The notes below the pieces were generated by a model. That model was not told the origin of the DNA. It was given only the letters and a program-made list of their open reading frames with translations, and ran no database searches. Shown piece by piece: positions 1 to 8,238 of a stretch of 64,000 bases of DNA. The stretch is from Anaerovibrio sp. (GTDB lineage: Bacteria > Bacillota > Negativicutes > Selenomonadales > Selenomonadaceae). Position 1 is the first letter of the stretch. Each line of letters opens with the position of its first letter. A program made the translations under genes and the position numbers. Where the stretch lies: NCBI RefSeq assembly GCF_024697385.1, contig NZ_JAILFV010000095.1:3233-67232 (forward strand). Direction: 5' to 3'.

Positions 1-637
1 TATAACACATGAGTCCCAAAGCAATTAAGCCAAATATAATCAACCATTTCAGTTTACGCCATTTAAGTCCACCTACCACCATCATAAGCGCCGGTATACC
101 TATAACAATACAGGCAGTTCCCATATCCGGTTCCAGATAGACCAACAGCGCCATAGCCGTGATAATCCCATACTGTCGGTTTATAATATTGATTTCCTTC
201 CCATAGGTATTGCGAAAGGATAAATAGTAGCCTGCCAGCATTATGCTGCACATCTTGGCGAATTCAGCCGGTTGAACAGAAAAAAAGGGGAGAGTAATCC
301 ACCGCTTTGATCCATTGATCGCCACACCAAAAAGCAGTACAAAAGCCAGGGCCAAAATAATCAGTCCTGTTACCGGAGTAATCCATGAACGCCATTTATG
401 ATAATCCACATTGGCTGCTATGAGACAGGCCACTATCCCCAATAATGTACTGAACATGTGCCTGAATAAAAAATAGTAGGGGGATGAATAATCCCTTTCA
501 GCCATTACAAAGGTAGAGCTAAAAACATTAAACCATCCGGCAATCACCAATATAGTTACCATTGCAATAATAGCTTCATGATTGTTCTGCCATATTTTAT
601 ACCTTTTTTTCTCTTCCAGCTTCTCTGATTGTTTCAC
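1..637 (-). CDS. ftsW: FtsW/RodA (SEDS) family protein, 5' part; runs off the window edge
   Basis: Not in the ORF track. Manual translation from GTG at 637 (GTGA overlap with the trmB stop) gives ...WFNVFSST...YYFLFRH...INGSKRWI...SVQPAEFAK, the SEDS signature. ftsW versus rodA is not certain. Confidence 0.85.
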   Translation of the reverse strand, partial: MKQSEKLEEKKRYKIWQNNHEAIIAMVTILVIAGWFNVFSSTFVMAERDYSSPYYFLFRHMFSTLLGIVACLIAANVDYHKWRSWITPVTGLIILALAFVLLFGVAINGSKRWITLPFFSVQPAEFAKMCSIMLAGYYLSFRNTYGKEINIINRQYGIITAMALLVYLEPDMGTACIVIGIPALMMVVGGLKWRKLKWLIIFGLIALGLMCY

Positions 638-1284
638 GAAAAGGTTACCTCACACCTGTTGATTTTTTCACCTAAACTGCTGAATTTTCTTTCGTATTCG
701 GTCATGATATTATCCGCGCGATTTTCCGAATGCAAATCAAAGGACACATCCTCCACTTTGAGATTGGCAGCCTCAAACTGTTCCAAAGAAAAATCAAAAA
801 GAGGCCTGTTGTCCGTCTTAAATATCAATTTGCCCGGGTGCTTAAGTAACCTGGCATAACGCCGCAGGAATCCCACATGGGTAAGCCTTCTCTTGGCATG
901 GCGTGCCTTCGGCCAGGGATCACAAAAATTAATGAAAAACCTGTCTACCTCACCCTCGGCAAAAATCAATTCAATATTATTGATATCAAAGACTAACAAC
1001 TTCACATTGGTCAGTCCAAGCTCCCTGATTTTTTTTGCTGCCATATAGAGCACATCCTGTTGTGCTTCTATACCAATAAAATTAATGTCAGGATTTTTCA
1101 GGGCCATTTGACTGATAAAATCCCCCTTGCCTGTACCCAATTCAACATACAGCTGCCCATCACGGCCAAATATTTCCTTCCAATGCCCACGCTGTGCTTC
1201 ATCTGCAGCATTATCCTTGGCATAAACAAAATCATCAAAATCATGGATGGCCTTATCCACCCATGGTTTTCTTCTTAAACGCAC
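634..1284 (-). CDS. trmB: tRNA (guanine-N7)-methyltransferase
   Basis: MRLRRKPW start, ELGTGKG SAM motif, FCDPWPKARHAKRRL, FKTDN, TEYE. Confidence 0.97.
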   Translation of the reverse strand: MRLRRKPWVDKAIHDFDDFVYAKDNAADEAQRGHWKEIFGRDGQLYVELGTGKGDFISQMALKNPDINFIGIEAQQDVLYMAAKKIRELGLTNVKLLVFDINNIELIFAEGEVDRFFINFCDPWPKARHAKRRLTHVGFLRRYARLLKHPGKLIFKTDNRPLFDFSLEQFEAANLKVEDVSFDLHSENRADNIMTEYERKFSSLGEKINRCEVTFS

Positions 1285-1314
1285 AATATCTCTCCCATTT
1301 CATTAAAAGTATAA

Positions 1315-3228
1315 TTATTTTTTTTCGAAACCATATTTTTTCAGATATCTATATAATGTAACACGACTGACATGCAAAAGATTTGCCATGCGGCTCACAT
1401 TTCCACCGGCAGCCTTCCAGGCCTTTACGAAGATGTCCTTATCTTCCTTCCACTTGTTATCAGGCTTAACATCCCCCATAAGATTAATGTCTGACGGCCT
1501 GATTACTCCATCAGCAGTTTTAAAGAATGCGACCTCCAAAACTCCCTGCAGCTGCTTAATATTTCCCGGCCAATCGTAGTTGGTAAGCATCTCCACGGTC
1601 TCATCGGCTATTTCTTTTTTGTTCATCTGATGCTGATTTGCCAGCTCGGTAATAATATGTACTGCCAAATCCTTAATATCCTCCCGGCGATTTCTCAAGG
1701 AAGGAATTCTGATTACACTGCGTGAGATAATATCATATAATTCCCGTGAAAACAAGCCCCTTTCTGTAAGTCGCTTCAAATCACTGTCACAGGCACATAT
1801 TATCCGCACATCTATAGACCTTTCAACATTTTCCCCAATGCGGTTTGATTGTCCTGTATTAAGGGCAACAGCCAATTCCACGGCAATATTTCGTGGCATT
1901 TTTTCTATTTCATCAATAAACAGAGTTCCTCCGGAAGCCAGCTCTAATTTCCCTGGATGGCTGATTTCGGAATTCAGGGAAACCCCAAAAAGCTCCTGTT
2001 CCAGTATCTCCGGTGTAGTATCCCCGCAATGAATAGTAATCAACGGCCCGGCAGCCCTAGGGCTGGCCTGATGAATACCATGAGCCATTCTCTGTTTGCC
2101 GGTCCCTGCTTCCCCCTGAATCAGCATATGATGTTTGTTCCTGGCGATTCTCAACGCTTTATCCTTGATGGATGCGAAATTAGTCCCCGCGCTGACCAGG
2201 GAATTCAAGCTGTATTTTGCAGTAAAGCCTGCTGCATGCGCCACTAATGTCCGCAAATCCTCAATTGGCATTGATACGGCCACAACACTATGAACGGTAT
2301 TATCCATATTATAATCCAGTGGAACTACCGTGGTAATGTCCTCATAGGTTTTTGCCTGGGTAATCCAGGTCACTTCTTTATTATAGGAAGGAATGCCCTT
2401 AAAGCCACGATAAATCGGAGTATGACGATAATTCATAATCACATCGTTGAGATTAGTTTTGACTGTATTATCCTTTTGCTGAACACCAATACCCATCAAT
2501 CGGCTCATTCCCAGTTTATTGGCATAGGCCACTTCATCCCCGGCCATAACATGATAAACAGCAAAAGGAGTTGCATCCAATATGGCCTCCTGGGCCTTTA
2601 TCCTGGTATACTGCTGCAGGTGTTCCTCCAATGCCTGCTTAACAGTAAGCAGCATGGCTATAATGGCATCCTGGGGCATATCTGTTTGCTCCACAGCCAC
2701 CAGAGTTATAATATATGCCAACTGGTTATCCACTATAATAGGCGCTGAACAGGCATCACTCTGCTGACACTCCTCAGCCCACATCTCAGGGCCAAACAAC
2801 CAAAATGGTGCCTTATGCTCATGAGCAATACTGATACTTGATGTACCAATATCCTCAATGCCTACCCGAACGCCCTCAATTTCTCCGGGAGTCATTTGGT
2901 AAAACGGCATTGAATAGCTTTTCAGTACGGTACATTCAGCATCCAACAGCAACAGGCTTATATTATACTTTTGAAAAAATTCCCTTACATTTATACTGAT
3001 ATTTTCAAGGTAATCAATGGCCGGCTGATGCTGTTTCTGCAGTTCATTAAACTCCTCATCCGATAATCTGTTGTCCGTTGACATTTTATCAGAAGCCACT
3101 TTTAGATGGGCACTCTTTTCCCATGACCTGGCTACCCATGGATGCACATTAGGATTGATTTCTCCTGTTTCGATAAACCGATGATAATATGCCTCCAGCT
3201 TCTCCCTGCTACGCCGTTCTCTAATCAT
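1315..3228 (-). CDS. AcoR-like GAF/PAS-AAA+-Fis HTH transcriptional regulator with degenerate sigma54-interaction motifs
   Basis: N-terminal 'VARSWEKS' GAF region, Walker A GEAGTGK, Walker B LFIDEI, WPGN, C-terminal HTH 'GGNVSRMANLLHVSRVTLYRYLKKY'; no GAFTGA. Confidence 0.85.
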   Translation of the reverse strand: MIRERRSREKLEAYYHRFIETGEINPNVHPWVARSWEKSAHLKVASDKMSTDNRLSDEEFNELQKQHQPAIDYLENISINVREFFQKYNISLLLLDAECTVLKSYSMPFYQMTPGEIEGVRVGIEDIGTSSISIAHEHKAPFWLFGPEMWAEECQQSDACSAPIIVDNQLAYIITLVAVEQTDMPQDAIIAMLLTVKQALEEHLQQYTRIKAQEAILDATPFAVYHVMAGDEVAYANKLGMSRLMGIGVQQKDNTVKTNLNDVIMNYRHTPIYRGFKGIPSYNKEVTWITQAKTYEDITTVVPLDYNMDNTVHSVVAVSMPIEDLRTLVAHAAGFTAKYSLNSLVSAGTNFASIKDKALRIARNKHHMLIQGEAGTGKQRMAHGIHQASPRAAGPLITIHCGDTTPEILEQELFGVSLNSEISHPGKLELASGGTLFIDEIEKMPRNIAVELAVALNTGQSNRIGENVERSIDVRIICACDSDLKRLTERGLFSRELYDIISRSVIRIPSLRNRREDIKDLAVHIITELANQHQMNKKEIADETVEMLTNYDWPGNIKQLQGVLEVAFFKTADGVIRPSDINLMGDVKPDNKWKEDKDIFVKAWKAAGGNVSRMANLLHVSRVTLYRYLKKYGFEKK

Positions 3229-3500
3229 TAATCAAAACCTCACTTCCCGGCAGTAATATGATATAACGCAATAAAAGCTGTTCCCGAGGGGGCCCAGCTA
3301 TGATTTCCGATTTTACATATACTGTTATTTTATCATTAGTGATTTTGCTCTGCAAATTTTACACAGGAAAAAGTTACATTTTTATGCAATAAAATATCAT
3401 TTATTGGTAATATATTGTTCACTGCTTTATTCAATATAGGAATTATGCTATAATCACCTTGTGTTGTTTTAAATTTTATCAAGATAGGTGATTCACTCTT

Positions 3501-3833
3501 ATGTCTACACAATATAAAAAAATTCAGAAAAAAAATACCCATACCAACCCTAAGGCTGAAAAAACAAATTTAAAGCCTAAAGCCAGCAGGGATTTATTGC
3601 TCATAATTCTCATAGTCTTTACGGCAGTTATACTTGTATTAGCCTGGCCAAATATGGATGTTCTTGGGCGCAGCATGTATGTGTGTCTCAGTATAGGTAT
3701 GGTGATAGTGTATGTCAACAGGCATGCCAACTTCAGCGAAAAAACCCATAAAATTCTGATATATGTCAGCTTATTCACGCTTTTTTCCTCTGTAGCCCTC
3801 CTGGCACTCAGCGTTTATCAGCAATTCTTTTAA
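3501..3833 (+). CDS. small membrane protein, about 3 TM helices, unknown function
   Basis: AGGTGA RBS, basic N-terminus, three hydrophobic segments, downstream terminator. Confidence 0.7.
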   Translation: MSTQYKKIQKKNTHTNPKAEKTNLKPKASRDLLLIILIVFTAVILVLAWPNMDVLGRSMYVCLSIGMVIVYVNRHANFSEKTHKILIYVSLFTLFSSVALLALSVYQQFF

Positions 3834-3877
3834 ATTACATCACAGAAAAGTAGTTTCTGAAACATAAAACAACAAGG

Positions 3878-3918
3878 AAAAGGATCGTTAACTCATCATG
3901 AGTCAACGATCCTTTTTT
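3878..3918. terminator. bidirectional intrinsic terminator
   Basis: AAAAGGATCGTTAACTCA-TCA-TGAGTCAACGATCCTTTTTT, between convergent genes. Confidence 0.85.
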
Positions 3919-3955
3919 ATCCATTTCTGTCACAGCTGCTGAAATGTACCAGACA

Positions 3956-4801
3956 TCAGCTTATCTGGTCTATTACCTCACCTATATCACCATTAATGCA
4001 TATACTCCTGGCCTGAATATTCTCCGGACAAGCTGCTTCTCCATCATTTATACAGGCATATACAGCCTCACGGTTTTCCAATGTCTGTTCCCAAAATGGG
4101 TATTTGATTATTCCTGGAGTATTATAACCTACCCCCAGCTCCAGATATAAAACATGTCCATTTTTGCTCCTTAAAAAATTTGTATATCTTTCACTGGCAG
4201 CATGCCACCCTGCATCCTCCACAAAAGTATTATCTGAACGAAGGTTCATGGTAAGAGGCTTGCCACAATAAGGACATTTAGGAATAAGTACAGAAGGTAT
4301 TCTCATATTCTCCTGACTCTCCACCATATCCCGGATAATCTCTTCATTATCCAAGGTATAATCACGACAAGGCTCACTGCATTGAAAAAGGCCATAATCA
4401 CCCTGAGTGTAAAATAATCGGTCTTTGTCAAAGCCTGCTTTTTGGAAACAATGATCCACATTTGTCGTAATAACAAAATAGTCTTTCCCCTGTATCAGAG
4501 AAAGGAGCTGTTCATAAACCGGTCTGGGTGTATCCAAATATCTATTGATATATATATACCTGGACCAATAAGCCCACATTTCTTCAGGGTTTTCATAGGG
4601 ATAAAAGCCACCTGAATACATATCCCTAAAGCCGTATTTATGTGAAAAATCCGAAAAATATTTTTCGAATCTCTCACCGGTATAAGTAAAGCCTGCAGCT
4701 GTGGAAAGTCCCGCGCCGGCACCAATCACCACCACCTCGGTATCCCTGAGAACATCCTGCAGTCTTCTGATATTATCCCAGTAATCTCCGATAGATTTCA
4801 T
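3956..4801 (-). CDS. class M sirtuin (SirTM-type NAD-dependent protein ADP-ribosyltransferase)
   Basis: GAGAGLSTAAG, TTNVDH, TQGDYG (Gln at the usual catalytic His position, typical of class M), Zn pairs CSEPC and CPYC, LELGVG, YACIN. Start placed at MKSIG (ORF track begins at 4822). Overlaps the macrodomain gene. Confidence 0.88.
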   Translation of the reverse strand: MKSIGDYWDNIRRLQDVLRDTEVVVIGAGAGLSTAAGFTYTGERFEKYFSDFSHKYGFRDMYSGGFYPYENPEEMWAYWSRYIYINRYLDTPRPVYEQLLSLIQGKDYFVITTNVDHCFQKAGFDKDRLFYTQGDYGLFQCSEPCRDYTLDNEEIIRDMVESQENMRIPSVLIPKCPYCGKPLTMNLRSDNTFVEDAGWHAASERYTNFLRSKNGHVLYLELGVGYNTPGIIKYPFWEQTLENREAVYACINDGEAACPENIQARSICINGDIGEVIDQIS

Positions 4802-5546
4802 AATCAATTCCTTTCCATACATTAAAAATCACCTTTATTTTACTTCCCGTGCGTTCCTTAAATGCTTTTACCGTTTCAACGGCAATTTTCGCTGCCCTGT
4901 CATTGGGAAACATAAATACCCCCGTTGATATACAGCAAAAAGCAATGGATTTTAATCCTTTATCATATGCCAGTTTCAGGCATGAATCATAACAAGACCT
5001 CAACAAGCGTTCATGCTCTCTGGTAAGAGCTCCATGAACAATAGGTCCAACTGTATGTATCACATATTTACAGGGAAGGTTAAATGCCGGAGTAATTTTA
5101 CCCTGCCCTGTAGGCTCGCCATAGCCTTGGGCATCCATTAAATCCTGACAATAAATTCTTAGCTGAATGCCTGCATAGGTATGAATACAGTTATCAATAC
5201 ATGCGTGGCAGGGCTGATAACAACCTGTCAAGCCACTATTGGCCGCATTTACTATGGCATCACAGGAAATCCTGGTTATATCCCCCTGCCACAAATACAC
5301 CCCAGGCTTCATTTCTTCCATATCGGCAATTTCCACTATTCCTCTATCGCGAATTATGCCCTGGAGATATTCATCCTGTACTTCCCGGAAGCCCTTTGGC
5401 ATCGGTGCTGCCGGCCTTATGTTCATTAAGGACCTCAGTTGCTTTCTGGCAGCATTTGTTTCCCGTTCCACCTGAACCTCGGCAAATTTAGGATTTTCAC
5501 CCAGAAGCATTTCAATAAGGAATTTCCGCCTTTCCTGCTGATTCAT
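4773..5546 (-). CDS. zinc-containing macrodomain protein (protein-ADP-ribose hydrolase)
   Basis: N-terminal helical extension (LRSLMNIRP), WQGDIT, NAAN, Zn loop GCYQPCHACIDNCIH, HTVGP, CCISTGVFMFP. Confidence 0.9.
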   Translation of the reverse strand: MNQQERRKFLIEMLLGENPKFAEVQVERETNAARKQLRSLMNIRPAAPMPKGFREVQDEYLQGIIRDRGIVEIADMEEMKPGVYLWQGDITRISCDAIVNAANSGLTGCYQPCHACIDNCIHTYAGIQLRIYCQDLMDAQGYGEPTGQGKITPAFNLPCKYVIHTVGPIVHGALTREHERLLRSCYDSCLKLAYDKGLKSIAFCCISTGVFMFPNDRAAKIAVETVKAFKERTGSKIKVIFNVWKGIDYEIYRRLLG

Positions 5547-5726
5547 ACCAACACTGCCAACCTTTCATCATAAGCAACCATGATTTCCCATTATTGATTA
5601 AAAGAATCATCACGACTAACCGTGTTATAACGCCATTGTTCAAATTTTTCTTCTTTAGAAGACAAATCTTCCAATTAGCGTTTCAACGAGCTGGGAGATA
5701 TGCTCGCCAGCTGTTGTAGTTTGTTT

Positions 5727-5750
5727 TCCCCCACCTAAAGAGGAAGGGGA
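5727..5750. repeat. GC-rich imperfect hairpin resembling an IS200/IS605 end or REP-like element
   Basis: Minus strand TCCCCTTCCT-CTTT-AGGTGGGGGA directly after the hydrolase stop, with no U tract on the transcribed strand. Confidence 0.35.
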
Positions 5751-5754
5751 CATC

Positions 5755-6699
5755 TTAAAGCTCGTTATAATGCACTTTTTTACTGCCAGTGACATTTTTA
5801 GTTTCCATGAATTCCTCTATAGCGGCCCAGGTAACCCTAAAATTATCTATAAATGCCGAATGCCATGCCTTTGGAACTACACAAAGACGAGAATCAGGGA
5901 TTGCCTGATGTGCTGCCAGAACTGTAATAACAGGTGCATGATCATCTTCATCGCCTACTATTAATAAAACAGGACATGTTATCGTATTAAAGAACTCACT
6001 GTCTACTCTCATTCTACTCCAAAAACTCATATAATTGGTACAAAATTCCTGGTAACGCTCAGGCTCAGGCATAATCTCCTTCTGTTGAGCAATAAAAGCA
6101 GCATCTATTTTAGCCAAGTCATCTACTTTCATGTCTCCGCTAAAAAATCCTGGTTTAAGAGTCCCTGCACCGATTGCAATCACACGGTTAACTCGTTCCG
6201 GACACACAGAGGCTACTTTGTAAGCCGTATAAGCCCCATCACTGAAGCCTAATAATACTGCTGGTTCATCTGTCACTTCTTTCATCACAGTCAGCATATC
6301 CTCGGCTTTCTGCTCATAAGTGAGTCTCGTATGACCTATCTCTGAACGGCCATGTCCACGGGTAGATACAACAATGACCTGATAATTTTTACGCAAATTA
6401 TCAATCAGCTGTCCCATCTCATACGGACTGCCCACTCCTCCGCCATGAAATACGAATACAGGCTTCCCTTGACCATAGACTTCATAATAAAGTCTCGCAT
6501 CTCCCACTTGGCAATAATGACCGACCTCAAGATTATTACCATAAGCCTCATTGCTTTTATATGCACCTGGTTGCTGCATAAAGTATCGTATATTATTTTC
6601 ATCGTCATTTTTAGCTGCTCCATCTGCCATTGCTCCCCCAAAAAGCATAACGCCTACCAGAAAAGCAATCATTCCAGTTAATATTTGTTTTGGTTTCAT
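5755..6699 (-). CDS. exported alpha/beta-fold hydrolase
   Basis: Signal peptide (MKPKQILTGMIAFLVGVMLFGGAMA), HGGG oxyanion loop, RGHGRS, nucleophile elbow GFSDG, Asp in GDED, His in AWH. Confidence 0.88.
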   Translation of the reverse strand: MKPKQILTGMIAFLVGVMLFGGAMADGAAKNDDENNIRYFMQQPGAYKSNEAYGNNLEVGHYCQVGDARLYYEVYGQGKPVFVFHGGGVGSPYEMGQLIDNLRKNYQVIVVSTRGHGRSEIGHTRLTYEQKAEDMLTVMKEVTDEPAVLLGFSDGAYTAYKVASVCPERVNRVIAIGAGTLKPGFFSGDMKVDDLAKIDAAFIAQQKEIMPEPERYQEFCTNYMSFWSRMRVDSEFFNTITCPVLLIVGDEDDHAPVITVLAAHQAIPDSRLCVVPKAWHSAFIDNFRVTWAAIEEFMETKNVTGSKKVHYNEL

Positions 6700-6733
6700 A
6701 GTCGCCCTCCACTTTATCGATTTACATGTATTT

Positions 6734-7615
6734 TTAAAGACTGCTTACCCGCCTGCGGTAATTATGCAAGCTTTCTTCTCCTCTTTCATCCAATACCTTC
6801 TGAAGCTTATTAATCATACCATCTTTATCTTCAGGAATACGGCCATTAATCCTGATAGGCATGGTAACATGTTCTGCCCGGAATATGGTTGGGATATTCA
6901 GGCATCGAATAAATTCCTGCATTTCCTGAATGCGTTCTGTCTCTGTAGCCTCTTCATATTTTCCGGCAGCCACATCAGCAGACAACGGTGTATCAGGAAA
7001 TAATGTCAGCTCTGACGCATAAATCATGGCGGGCTTCAACTGATTATAAACTTTAGCGGTCTCCCGCGCATGTGAAAGCCCCCAGTTATGACCTCCCAGC
7101 CCTCCTAAAAAGTTGCCGATCCAGGGCATCCCGGCATTATCCATCTTTCTACACTGTTCCAGCACAAAATCGGCATGATATCCTTTATGCATACGGTCAA
7201 GGAGTTTATCATCTCCGCTTTCCACACCAAAGTAAAAATAACCATATCCTATGTCAGCCAATTCCTTCAGCTGCTCCACTGTCTTATTCTTCAGATTGTC
7301 CACTCTAGCATAACCGCCGATAGACCGTACCTGGGGCAAATAATAATGAATCAAATCAGCAATTTTAATCAAATCCTCTGTGCGCCGAATAAAAGGATCA
7401 GCCCCCTGCAAATAAATACGGTCAAAATCCCAGTCAGACTGCATAAGTTCCTTGATATCTGACTCGATTTCCTCCATCGGTGAGAGCTTAAATGGACTAT
7501 CCTTATAGAATGTACAAAACTCACATTTTCCATGACTACAACCTGAAGTTATCTGCAAAAAACCATCTGAAGCTTCATACGGTGGACGATTAATTCCACT
7601 TGAAAAATGCATCAC
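6734..7615 (-). CDS. radical SAM protein (short RPPxEA / CX4CX2C family), function unknown
   Basis: RPPYEA..LQITSGCSHGKCEFC, YFGVESG, GLGG, PDTPL. Confidence 0.87.
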   Translation of the reverse strand: MMHFSSGINRPPYEASDGFLQITSGCSHGKCEFCTFYKDSPFKLSPMEEIESDIKELMQSDWDFDRIYLQGADPFIRRTEDLIKIADLIHYYLPQVRSIGGYARVDNLKNKTVEQLKELADIGYGYFYFGVESGDDKLLDRMHKGYHADFVLEQCRKMDNAGMPWIGNFLGGLGGHNWGLSHARETAKVYNQLKPAMIYASELTLFPDTPLSADVAAGKYEEATETERIQEMQEFIRCLNIPTIFRAEHVTMPIRINGRIPEDKDGMINKLQKVLDERGEESLHNYRRRVSSL

Positions 7616-7648
7616 TAAAACACCTCTATAAATAACAACATATTAATA

Positions 7649-8227
7649 TCATTCAACCAACATAACCCGTCCCGGCCTTCGCGGTTTGCCCTTGGGGTAT
7701 TCCCCATCAATATATCCCAATATAACAAAGGCCCTGCATATATAATTTGACGGAACCTTCCATTCCTTTAAAAGAGCCTTACCTTCATCTGTAATAAAAG
7801 TTTCCTCGCCCCGGGAAATTATACAGGAACCCAACCCCATATCTGTTGCCATAAGTACCATGTTTTCTGCTGAGCAGAAAGCATCAGCTACACTGAAGGG
7901 GAAATCAGCCTGTCCGAATAATACTACTACTGCAGGAGCTCCATAAAATCCGTCCTCAATGCGGGAATCATCTATTACACTTGGCTGTTCATCAGAAACA
8001 TGACCCCCTAAAAGCTTACTGCGATCAAATGGTAAAAAATTTAATCTCCCTATTCGGCGTACTATTTTTTCATCTCTGATTCCCACTAAATAGCTGCGTT
8101 GACCTCCGCCGGCATTGGGGGCGTAAGTCCCAGCCTCCAGTATTTTCACCATTGCTTCATGAGAAATCTGCTTTGATGAATATTTTCGTATGGAGCGGCG
8201 TTTTTTCACCAATTCAAGAACATCCAT
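7649..8227 (-). CDS. nitroreductase family flavoprotein
   Basis: RRSIRKY, APNAGGGQ, AENMVLMATDMGLGSC, LGY. Start moved to ATG 8227 with a GAGGAG RBS overlapping the upstream stop. Confidence 0.9.
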   Translation of the reverse strand: MDVLELVKKRRSIRKYSSKQISHEAMVKILEAGTYAPNAGGGQRSYLVGIRDEKIVRRIGRLNFLPFDRSKLLGGHVSDEQPSVIDDSRIEDGFYGAPAVVVLFGQADFPFSVADAFCSAENMVLMATDMGLGSCIISRGEETFITDEGKALLKEWKVPSNYICRAFVILGYIDGEYPKGKPRRPGRVMLVE

Positions 8228-8238
8228 GACCATTCTCC

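Noticed and set aside
3956-4801. Sirtuin as an anti-phage NADase (Thoeris/DSR type)
   Set aside because: It is a single-domain Zn-binding class M sirtuin with a separate Zn-macrodomain and no TIR, SLOG, HerA or pAgo partner.
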